Shown piece after piece: positions 1 to 7,266 of a stretch of DNA of 37,100 nucleotides. Origin of the DNA: a virus (lineage: Duplodnaviria > Caudoviricetes); IMG/VR virus record IMGVR_UViG_3300011338_000713, positions 1 to 37,100 of that record. The stretch is one strand, 5' to 3'. Each line of letters opens with the position of its first letter. Position 1 is the first letter of the stretch. The position numbers and the translations under genes were made by a program. The notes under the pieces were generated by a model. That model did no database searches. It worked only from the letters and a program-made list of their open reading frames with translations, and was not told the origin of the DNA.

Positions 1-2
1 TT

Positions 3-302
3 ATTTCTTATCTTGAAAGATACGGAATCGGTTTTTTCTCATTATATGAAAAACTATGTGAAATTTACATAGAAACCGGAGAACTTGTTCTGTTAGATAG
101 CACAGATAAACAAACTCGAATAGTATTAAATACAGCTATTAAATTCCTTGAAAAGAAACAATTTGTTTTAACTACTGAAGCAGTTGAAATAAATAATAAA
201 TTTATAAAATTAAAACCAATTGGTCATTTAATGACTGATGAGAATACTCATTCATTTTGTCCTTTACACTGCAAAGAGAACATTATTCATGATGATATTT
301 AA
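3..302 (+). CDS. Hypothetical protein, 5'-truncated (possible winged helix)
   Basis: Frame 3 is open from the window start to TAA at 300-302 (ISYLERYG...LNTAIKFLEKKQFVLTTE...IKLKPIG...HDDI). Not in the ORF track. Confidence 0.7.
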   Translation: MSYLERYGIGFFSLYEKLCEIYIETGELVLLDSTDKQTRIVLNTAIKFLEKKQFVLTTEAVEINNKFIKLKPIGHLMTDENTHSFCPLHCKENIIHDDI

Positions 303-323
303 TTGTTTATTAAATTCTTTACT

Positions 324-353
324 ATTGATATCAATGTGATTTATTGCTAGATT
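324..353 (+). promoter_or_regulatory. Sigma70-type promoter for the rep gene, with overlapping palindrome
   Basis: TTGATA(325-330)-N17-TAGATT(348-353); perfect palindrome ATTGATATCAAT at 324-335. Confidence 0.55.
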
Positions 354-362
354 ACAGAAACG

Positions 363-394
363 AAAAGACCTGATATTGGACATCAGGTCTTTTT
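363..394. terminator. Bidirectional intrinsic terminator-like hairpin in the rep leader
   Basis: AAAAGACCTGAT(363-374)/ATCAGGTCTTTT(382-393), 7-nt loop, T-runs on both strands. Confidence 0.7.
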
Positions 395-424
395 AATACG
401 CTATATTGAGCAATCAGTATCCTC

Positions 425-453
425 AATATAGCAATTCTGTTTATTTAAAACAA
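425..453 (-). promoter_or_regulatory. Candidate antisense promoter facing the leader hairpin
   Basis: Minus strand TTGTTT(453-448)-N17-TATATT(430-425) with extended -10 TGc. Confidence 0.45.
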
Positions 454-462
454 GGAATTGTT

Positions 463-1638
463 ATGGTTAAAATCCCTTTTATTTTTTCTTCTATACCCAC
501 ATTTTTTCAATACAAAGGTTATTTCGACCCTCGAAAAGATAAGAATCATCATAAAAACCTTTATTTTATTTATTCATCATTTTCAAAATGTAGACCCGAA
601 GTTCAAAAAATAATGTATTTAAATCGAGAAATAATTCTAAAACCTTACCAATTCATTTTTGGATATGAGAAATGGTCTGAGGACATCGGTTTAACAAAAA
701 AAGAACTGGAAAATCAGATAAAAAAATGGATTAAATTCGGTTACCTAAAAAATATAACTCATAAACTACAAAATAAATTCTCAATCTATGAATGGGATGT
801 CTTACGTTTAAATATGAAAATTGTTCATAACTCATCAGAAAATGACGAAATTGTTCATAACTCATCAGAAAATGACGAAATTGAAGAAAGTTATGAACAG
901 GATACAGCATATCCAGAACAAGATTATAATGATTTTGGTGAGGCTAAAAACAAATACACAGAACATTTAGAACAAGATTTATCAAATATTGAGGGAGGCA
1001 GTGAAAATATCGAGTTTTTTACACCCCCTCTCACAGGGGTGCTTAAGGCAAAAGGGGAGGCAAAAGGGGAGGCAAAAGGGGAGGCAAGAAGTTTATCTAA
1101 ACATACTTCAGAATTAGAAAATGAAGAAAACCGAGGAGGCAAAAGGGGAGGCAAAAGGGGAACAACGATATATAACATAGAACATAAAGATTATAAAGAT
1201 AACAACGTTATGAAGAATCGTCGTCAACTTCTTGAAAATGAAAAACAAGCAATTGAATCGTTATATTCATACGCTTTAAGTAGGAATCTAGCTATTAACT
1301 TGCGTTCTCTCTCCTCATGGGTTAAAATTTACGAGCTTTGTTATGTAGAAAAACATTTCAACTTACTTATCAGAACAGATCAAAGTAAAAAGAAAAAAGG
1401 TCTTATTCTTGAAAATCCAGAGGGTTGGCTTGGAAAAGCTTTGAAAGAAAACTGGTTAAAAATCTCTTCAGACAAAGAAACTAATAAGGAATTTGCTGAG
1501 AAATTTAAGATAGATAACGAAATATTAAGGTTAAAAATTAACACTAGATATGCGAGAGATCAAAAAACAGGTATAGAATTTCATTATGATTTAGATAATG
1601 AAATATTTAAAGAAAAATTAATTAATTATTACAATTAA
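463..1638 (+). CDS. Phage replication initiator / replisome organiser
   Basis: N-terminal wHTH-like segment (FIFGYEKWSEDIGLTKKELENQIKKWIKFGYL), repeat-containing linker, C-terminal NPEGWLGKALKENW motif. ATG 463 follows SD AAGGA (track start is TTG 406). Confidence 0.75.
   Translation: MVKIPFIFSSIPTFFQYKGYFDPRKDKNHHKNLYFIYSSFSKCRPEVQKIMYLNREIILKPYQFIFGYEKWSEDIGLTKKELENQIKKWIKFGYLKNITHKLQNKFSIYEWDVLRLNMKIVHNSSENDEIVHNSSENDEIEESYEQDTAYPEQDYNDFGEAKNKYTEHLEQDLSNIEGGSENIEFFTPPLTGVLKAKGEAKGEAKGEARSLSKHTSELENEENRGGKRGGKRGTTIYNIEHKDYKDNNVMKNRRQLLENEKQAIESLYSYALSRNLAINLRSLSSWVKIYELCYVEKHFNLLIRTDQSKKKKGLILENPEGWLGKALKENWLKISSDKETNKEFAEKFKIDNEILRLKINTRYARDQKTGIEFHYDLDNEIFKEKLINYYN
818..883 (+). repeat. 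30-bp tandem duplication inside rep
   Basis: AAATTGTTCATAACTCATCAGAAAATGACG at 818-847 and 848-877 plus partial third copy; encodes IVHNSSENDE twice. Confidence 0.95.
1046..1160 (+). repeat. Iteron-like 12-bp repeats; putative replication origin inside rep
   Basis: AGGCAAAAGGGG at 1046, 1058, 1070 (partial at 1082), 1137 and 1149; the two clusters are read in different frames; AT-rich tract follows. Confidence 0.8.
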
Positions 1639-1647
1639 GGGGTAAAT

Positions 1648-2028
1648 ATGAGTAATTTAGAAAGATATAATGAATGTTGTGGAATTGCTAAAATAAAAAA
1701 ATGTGGTTATTTAGAAAAAGATACTTACGTAGTTTACTTTAATGGTTATGATCTTGAAGAAGAAAATGGATTAGGAGAAGTTATTGGTAAAGGAACAACA
1801 AAGGAAGAAGCTTTAATTCAAGCTTTAAAGATCTTATCTAAATCGGTATATAAACAAGTTAAAATTTGGAGTGAAATATTTGAAATAGGTGAGAAAATTG
1901 GAAGAACTGATCTTTTTAAATTAGAAACACCAATTCTAACTTTAAGACCTTCAAATGATGAAGATTATGAAACCAATGCTTCTGTTTTTTTAATGGATAA
2001 CGGAAATGTTTGCTTAGGAATATTATAA
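1648..2028 (+). CDS. Hypothetical protein
   Basis: 126-aa ORF with SD AAGGGG. Confidence 0.75.
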   Translation: MSNLERYNECCGIAKIKKCGYLEKDTYVVYFNGYDLEEENGLGEVIGKGTTKEEALIQALKILSKSVYKQVKIWSEIFEIGEKIGRTDLFKLETPILTLRPSNDEDYETNASVFLMDNGNVCLGIL

Positions 2029-2105
2029 AACAGACGAGAGACTTGGATTTAATTTGTATCGCTCTTACAACTACCAATTTATAGCGGATTTAACTATAAA
2101 ACAAA

Positions 2106-2138
2106 ATAGCCTCTGTGAGGATTAAACACAGAGGCTAT
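2106..2138 (-). terminator. Hairpin with U-tract on the minus strand
   Basis: ATAGCCTCTGTG(2106-2117)/CACAGAGGCTAT(2127-2138); minus strand continues TTTGTTTT. Confidence 0.55.
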
Positions 2139-2353
2139 AACAAAATTACAGGACATCACGATTTAACAGAGAATCTTTTCAATAAACAAATTCTTATTCT
2201 TGCCCCCTCAATCTACAAATTTCTCTCTTTTACCGCAACATTCTTTTTTTTCGATTGATTTGACTAAAATTCGTCAAAAGCGTTTGATTGAGTTACAAGA
2301 TGCGTTTCGAAATAGCCTAATTTCTTACAGATTTGCGTTAAGAGGCGATAAAA

Positions 2354-2791
2354 ATGAAAAGTCTTAACTTCATACACAGAGATCAAAATGATGAATATAA
2401 TGTAAATCTAGGCCCTATTCCAATAATTGACTGGTTTATACCAGTCAAAACAGTCAGCGAAATGAATGTTACAGGCCATTGGTCATTACGTCATAAACGT
2501 TTTAAAGAACAAAAACAACGCATTTTATCTCGCTGGCTAGAAGATCGCGTTAAAATTCCCACTCCTTGTCACGTTTTGCTAATTCGTGTTGCGCCACGCA
2601 TGTTAGACGATGATAATTTACGCCCATCACTCAAAGCATGTAGGGATATTATTGCTGACATCATCATCCCTGGCAAAGCAGCTGGTTTCGCTGATTCTTC
2701 ACTACTAATTTCATGGGAATATCAGCAAGAAAAAAGGTTAGCAAAACAATATGGTTTACACGTGAGGATTTATGAAATGCCAATCATGTAA
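2354..2791 (+). CDS. RusA-like endodeoxyribonuclease / Holliday junction resolvase
   Basis: RMLDDDNLRPSLKACRDIIAD...ADS...WEYQQEK pattern matches RusA-fold acidic motifs; SD GAGG. Confidence 0.65.
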   Translation: MKSLNFIHRDQNDEYNVNLGPIPIIDWFIPVKTVSEMNVTGHWSLRHKRFKEQKQRILSRWLEDRVKIPTPCHVLLIRVAPRMLDDDNLRPSLKACRDIIADIIIPGKAAGFADSSLLISWEYQQEKRLAKQYGLHVRIYEMPIM

Positions 2792-2957
2792 AGTTTTTCC
2801 TCTTTTTATTTTATTTTCCATGTTCTATGTTCTTCTTCAATTTACTTCATGCGTTGCAGATAAAGCTCTTGTAGATTTAGAATACAAGCTAGCAGAAGAT
2901 GCAATCGAAGATGTTCAGGAAGTTATTGATGAAAATAAATCTACCGAAGAGAAATAA
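2772..2957 (+). CDS. Small membrane or lipoprotein-like protein
   Basis: Hydrophobic stretch ending FTSC, then an acidic helical tail. Confidence 0.55.
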   Translation: MKCQSCKVFPLFILFSMFYVLLQFTSCVADKALVDLEYKLAEDAIEDVQEVIDENKSTEEK

Positions 2958-2959
2958 AA

Positions 2960-3055
2960 ATGAAAATATTTGATGAATATATTGAATATATAGCATTTTC
3001 TATCTGTATTTTATTTTCACTTTTTATGATCGGAATGTTAATTTATTTGTGGTAA
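2960..3055 (+). CDS. 31-aa single-TM peptide
   Basis: MKIFDEYIEYIAFSICILFSLFMIGMLIYLW; starts 2 nt after the previous stop; below the ORF-track cutoff. Confidence 0.5.
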   Translation: MKIFDEYIEYIAFSICILFSLFMIGMLIYLW

Positions 3056-3060
3056 AACAC

Positions 3061-3090
3061 ATTGACTTGCTATAGTCAATATGCTATATT
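3061..3090 (+). promoter_or_regulatory. Probable late-region promoter with inverted repeat
   Basis: TTGACT(3062-3067)-N17-TATATT(3085-3090) with extended TGc; IR ATTGACT-N6-AGTCAAT at 3061-3080. Confidence 0.65.
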
Positions 3091-3113
3091 TATCACTCTT
3101 ACAAAGGTATTTT

Positions 3114-3287
3114 ATGCCGTCAAAAACACCATCAAAATCCAAATCTAAAGTTTCAAAAGTCATGCACGAATTTAAAGAAAAAAAACTACATAGCGGATCT
3201 AAAAAAGGTCCATTAGTGAAAAATCCAAAACAAGCCATTGCAATCAGTCTTTCTGAAGCCGGTCTCTCAAACAAAAGGAAAAAATAA
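3114..3287 (+). CDS. DUF6496-like small basic protein
   Basis: KVMHEFKEKKLHSGSKKGPLVKNPKQAIAISLSEAG signature; ATG 3114 after SD AAGGT. Confidence 0.8.
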   Translation: MPSKTPSKSKSKVSKVMHEFKEKKLHSGSKKGPLVKNPKQAIAISLSEAGLSNKRKK

Positions 3288-3625
3288 TGGATAAATCAGA
3301 ATCTGAAAATATAAATTATAGCGCTGATTTTATTTATAAACCTCCTTTTACTAATACTCCGCCTTTGGAAAGTCTTGAATCTGAAGTTGGAAGTCATAAA
3401 AATATTCGTTTTATTTTTTCTGATACATATAAACTTAATATAAAACCAGAAGACTCGGGGACATGTTTATGTTGCGACGCTCAAATGCTTGTTAATGATT
3501 TAGAAGAAATTGACATTAATTCACCAGAAATGATTCCTCTTATAAAAGAATCTCTTTTATTTATTTTAAATAATGTAAATTGGCCTACTTCTAATAAGTG
3601 GCCTTCAGATAAGGAAAACAAATAA
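3287..3625 (+). CDS. Hypothetical protein
   Basis: 112 aa; TAATG stop/start coupling on both sides. Confidence 0.7.
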   Translation: MDKSESENINYSADFIYKPPFTNTPPLESLESEVGSHKNIRFIFSDTYKLNIKPEDSGTCLCCDAQMLVNDLEEIDINSPEMIPLIKESLLFILNNVNWPTSNKWPSDKENK

Positions 3626-3840
3626 TGTTCGACAAAATTTACAATAGTTTTGATCCTGAAAAATTTGATTTAGAAGATTTTTCCAATTTAATAAAAAGCA
3701 TTTTTGTTGTAATTGATAATATATCTCCGAGAAATATGAAAAACGACTATGAATACGATCATTGCATTGAAGCTATTTGCGAAGTTCTTAGATCACATAA
3801 AATCAAAGTTGATGTATTACCCGGAAGATGTGAAAAATAA
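3625..3840 (+). CDS. Hypothetical protein
   Basis: 71 aa; translationally coupled. Confidence 0.65.
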   Translation: MFDKIYNSFDPEKFDLEDFSNLIKSIFVVIDNISPRNMKNDYEYDHCIEAICEVLRSHKIKVDVLPGRCEK

Positions 3841-3847
3841 GGGAAAT

Positions 3848-4033
3848 ATGGAATCTAATTGTAAAATCGAATATGGGCTTTACATTAATGAAGAAAATAT
3901 TAAATTTTTTTTCATAAAACAAATTTTTACTGATCATAGAAACTCACAAGAAATTATTATTCCCCCCGATTTATCTGTTGAAATTGCAAAAGATATTTTA
4001 GAAAAATTAGATAAAAATACACAAAATAACTAA
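3848..4033 (+). CDS. Hypothetical protein
   Basis: ATG 3848 after SD AAGGGA; the longer track start overlaps the previous gene. Confidence 0.6.
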   Translation: MESNCKIEYGLYINEENIKFFFIKQIFTDHRNSQEIIIPPDLSVEIAKDILEKLDKNTQNN

Positions 4034-4048
4034 TGAAGGTAAATAATT

Positions 4049-4180
4049 ATGGATGATAAAATTAAAAAGCTTCAGAAAAGCACAAAAAAAGTCATGAAAG
4101 AAGAATCATCGCTTTTAAAAGCCGATAAAAAAAATGACATGAAAATGGCTAAATGTAAAAAATCTATGAAAAAGAAATAA
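4049..4180 (+). CDS. 43-aa Lys-rich peptide
   Basis: MDDKIKKLQKSTKKVMKEESSLLKADKKNDMKMAKCKKSMKKK; SD GAAGGT; fills the gap between neighbours. Confidence 0.65.
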   Translation: MDDKIKKLQKSTKKVMKEESSLLKADKKNDMKMAKCKKSMKKK

Positions 4181-4198
4181 AAATTTATCGGTATATCT

Positions 4199-4396
4199 AT
4201 GGCAACTTGTAGTGAAATATCTGTAACAGTGAAAAATTCAGAACGTAGATTGGTTCAGAAATTTCTCATATATGATACATATACTATCGATGAAAATGAT
4301 CCCATCATCAGCAATTGCATCAAACAGACTATTGACAATTTCGATTCTGATGATTACGATGATGTTAGAGTAAAAATCAATTTAGAGATTAAATAA
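4199..4396 (+). CDS. Hypothetical protein
   Basis: 65-aa ORF directly upstream of terS. Confidence 0.7.
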   Translation: MATCSEISVTVKNSERRLVQKFLIYDTYTIDENDPIISNCIKQTIDNFDSDDYDDVRVKINLEIK

Positions 4397-4401
4397 AACT
4401 A

Positions 4402-4800
4402 ATGGGAAGACCAGAAAAACCTATTGATTGGGATGAAGTTGAAAAAAGATTAGAAGCTGGTAATTCTGTTAAAACTATTTGTAATAAATTCGGTATAAAA
4501 AAACTCGGTACTTTTTACGATAGATTTAAAAATTATTATGGTGAAAATTTTTCGGCATATTCGGTAAATTTTAAACCTGCATTCCTCGAAAATATAGCTT
4601 ATTCTCAATATAAAAGTGCATTAGATGGTAATACATCAATGTTAATATTATTAGGTCAAGAACATCTTAATCAAGGTAAAGAAAAAGTTCAAGAACCACC
4701 TAAACAACATATAATAGACCAAGAACAAAAAATTATGTTTTTAGAAAATGAATTAGCTATTGAAAAAGAAAAAAATGCCAACAAGTCCGAAACAGAATAA
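4402..4800 (+). CDS. terS: Terminase small subunit
   Basis: MGRPEKPIDW HTH N-terminus, ALDGNTSMLILLG..HLNQ motif; overlaps the terL start. Confidence 0.8.
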   Translation: MGRPEKPIDWDEVEKRLEAGNSVKTICNKFGIKKLGTFYDRFKNYYGENFSAYSVNFKPAFLENIAYSQYKSALDGNTSMLILLGQEHLNQGKEKVQEPPKQHIIDQEQKIMFLENELAIEKEKNANKSETE

Positions 4801-6049
4801 AAGTTTTGCAGAAGCAACTCATCGATTTAATATTTGGGTTGGTGCTGTTTCATCCGGCAAAACTTATTCATCTATTGAACGATTTATTTATGATTTAAAA
4901 AATGGTCCTCCTGGCGATGCCATGATTATTGGCGTCAATAGAACATCTATTCAACGTAACCTATTAACACATTTATATCGTCGATTAGGGTTTCCAGTCC
5001 CTACAGAGAAATCACAAAAAGCTCAATTATATGGTCGTGATGTATGGTTTGTTGGTGCGCCTGACGTATCTGCTGTTTCAACGATACAAGGTAGTACATT
5101 AGCATTGGCATATGTTGATGAAGCGACTAATTTACCAGAACCATTTTGGAAGATGCTTGAATCGCGTTTACGTGTTCCTGGTGCTAAATTATTAGGCACA
5201 TGTAATCCGGAAGGACCAGCACATTGGCTTAAGAAGGATTATATTGATAATAAAGCATTGGATTTAGTGTACTGGAATTTTAATCTCGAAGATAACCCTA
5301 TTCTTGATGATGCATATAAACAGCAACTAAAAGCTTCTTATACTGGTATGTGGTACAATCGATATATTTTAGGTGAATGGGCATTAGCACATGGAGCGAT
5401 TTATGATAATTACGATAAAGACAATGAATACGAAAATCCATACCCTGCGCCTAACTATTATGTTGTTGGTATCGATTATGGGACTACCAATGCGACAGCT
5501 GCGGTACTTTGTGCCATCACGCCTACCAAGTGGCCGCAAATTCGTGTCGAAGCGGAATATTACTATGATTCCGCTAAAAAAGGTAGGTCTAAAACAGATC
5601 AAGAATTGGTTAGAGATATCAAAGACTTTATCGGCTATAAAAATGTATCTGCCGTTTACGTTGATCCTGCAGCCGCCTCACTTAAGATTGCTCTTAGACA
5701 TGTTGATTTACCAGTATTAGACGCAAATAATGACGTGCTACTTGGAATTAAAATCTGCTCAAAGTTTATCGGTGGAAAGAATATAGTTATTCAAAAGGGA
5801 TGTACAACATTAAGAGAACATATTCAATCATATGCATGGGATGCAAAAGCAGCTGATAGAGGTGAAGATAAACCAGTAAAGAAAAACGATCATATCCTCG
5901 ACGCATTACGTTATGCCATTTGTACAGCATTTCCGAAAGGAGAATTTAACCACCCTGATGAGAATATATCATACGCTCAATTAAGACGCAAGGTTTTTGA
6001 GGAAAATGATATGTATTCTAGTTTTAATAGTGAAATTCAAGGTTTTTAA
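4775..6049 (+). CDS. terL: Terminase large subunit (PBSX-like)
   Basis: Walker A GAVSSGKT, Walker B LAYVDEA, motif III GTCNP, nuclease motifs GIDYG and DHILDALRY; likely ATG at 4775. Confidence 0.95.
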   Translation: MPTSPKQNKSFAEATHRFNIWVGAVSSGKTYSSIERFIYDLKNGPPGDAMIIGVNRTSIQRNLLTHLYRRLGFPVPTEKSQKAQLYGRDVWFVGAPDVSAVSTIQGSTLALAYVDEATNLPEPFWKMLESRLRVPGAKLLGTCNPEGPAHWLKKDYIDNKALDLVYWNFNLEDNPILDDAYKQQLKASYTGMWYNRYILGEWALAHGAIYDNYDKDNEYENPYPAPNYYVVGIDYGTTNATAAVLCAITPTKWPQIRVEAEYYYDSAKKGRSKTDQELVRDIKDFIGYKNVSAVYVDPAAASLKIALRHVDLPVLDANNDVLLGIKICSKFIGGKNIVIQKGCTTLREHIQSYAWDAKAADRGEDKPVKKNDHILDALRYAICTAFPKGEFNHPDENISYAQLRRKVFEENDMYSSFNSEIQGF

Positions 6050-6054
6050 AGTAA

Positions 6055-6083
6055 TTGACATATTTCACAAGGAGAGATACATT
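6055..6083 (+). promoter_or_regulatory. Promoter for HNH endonuclease 1
   Basis: TTGACA(6055-6060)-N17-TACATT(6078-6083). Confidence 0.6.
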
Positions 6084-6110
6084 AAGTTATTTTCTAAAAA
6101 TAGGTGGAAT

Positions 6111-6704
6111 ATGATAGAACATCAAGAACATTACGGTAGAAAATTTTACAAAGACTTAGAAAAAGGATATTGGATTTCAACAGATTATCCAAGAATTAGA
6201 GCGCATAGATGGGTGTGGTTAAATATTCATAAAATGATTCCTAAGGGTTATCATATTCATCATATCAATGAAAATAAATCTGATAATCGGATTGAAAACT
6301 TAGAATTAATTGAAAAATCAAGACATATGAGTCATCATATGCAAGAACCTGAAAGAAAAAATAAAGCACGTGAAATGGCTGATAAATATCGACCATTAAC
6401 AAAAGAATGGCATAAAAGTGAAGAAGGTAGAGCATGGCATAAATTACATGCGTTAAAATGTAATTTTGGTAACAATAAACCAGTTAGTAAAGTTTGTGAT
6501 GTTTGTTCAAAAGAATATAAAACGAAAGTTATTGCAGATGGACGATCCAAATTCTGTTCGAATAAATGTAAATCGCAATGGAGAAGAAATAGTGGGTTAG
6601 ATAATATTGAAAGGAATTGTATTACTTGCCAAAAAACTTTTATGATAAATAAATATAGTAAAGTAAAAAACTGTAGCAAATCATGTGCTAAAAAGAAAAA
6701 ATGA
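6111..6704 (+). CDS. HNH homing endonuclease 1 with C-terminal CxxC zinc fingers
   Basis: HRWVW...IPKGYHIHHINENKSDNRIENLEL; repeated CxxC/FCSNKC units; ATG 6111 after SD AGGTGG. Confidence 0.9.
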   Translation: MIEHQEHYGRKFYKDLEKGYWISTDYPRIRAHRWVWLNIHKMIPKGYHIHHINENKSDNRIENLELIEKSRHMSHHMQEPERKNKAREMADKYRPLTKEWHKSEEGRAWHKLHALKCNFGNNKPVSKVCDVCSKEYKTKVIADGRSKFCSNKCKSQWRRNSGLDNIERNCITCQKTFMINKYSKVKNCSKSCAKKKK

Positions 6705-6710
6705 GGAAAA

Positions 6711-6977
6711 ATGGATTATAGCAAATTTAGAAAACAAATTAATCAATATTCAGATGAAGATTTACATGATGCGTTGAAAAATAATGGATTAATAGATTTA
6801 GGAGTTTTAGGAGCTATTAGTTCTGAAATATTAAAAAGACAGTTAGAAAGAAAAGTAAAATTGATGATTGCTTACAAAAAAGCAAATTCAGTTTGCGATC
6901 CAATACAATTTAATAATAATATGAATAATTTAACCTTGGCTTTAGCTGAATATATATTGGAGATTAAAGATGAATAA
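6711..6977 (+). CDS. Hypothetical protein
   Basis: 88 aa; SD GAGGA. Confidence 0.7.
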   Translation: MDYSKFRKQINQYSDEDLHDALKNNGLIDLGVLGAISSEILKRQLERKVKLMIAYKKANSVCDPIQFNNNMNNLTLALAEYILEIKDE

Positions 6978-7203
6978 TGATTATTCATTAGAATTTTTAG
7001 AGAAAACATTTAATGAACATTCTATAATTCAACAACAAAAAATAAATATTGATAAAGAAAGATATCCAGATAGTGAATATTCAAAAAAATCTTTTAATCT
7101 TTCACTGGCTTTACATGTAATTGTTAAAGAAATTATTAAGCTTAAAAAAAAAGGACCGAATTTTAAATACGATAATCCAAATGTTTCGGATATTTATTTG
7201 TGA
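6970..7203 (+). CDS. Hypothetical protein
   Basis: 77 aa; SD GGAG; overlaps previous stop. Confidence 0.7.
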   Translation: MNNDYSLEFLEKTFNEHSIIQQQKINIDKERYPDSEYSKKSFNLSLALHVIVKEIIKLKKKGPNFKYDNPNVSDIYL

Positions 7204-7266
7204 AAAATAGATAGCTACAATGCAAAAATTTTGGTATAAATGAAATAATTTACAAGAGATTGTTTA

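Noticed and set aside
818-1160. CRISPR-like array
   Set aside because: Repeats are tandem with no unique spacers, lie inside a CDS, and no cas genes are present.
924-1178. Minus-strand 84-aa ORF with ASPF repeats
   Set aside because: Mirror of the iteron repeats in rep.
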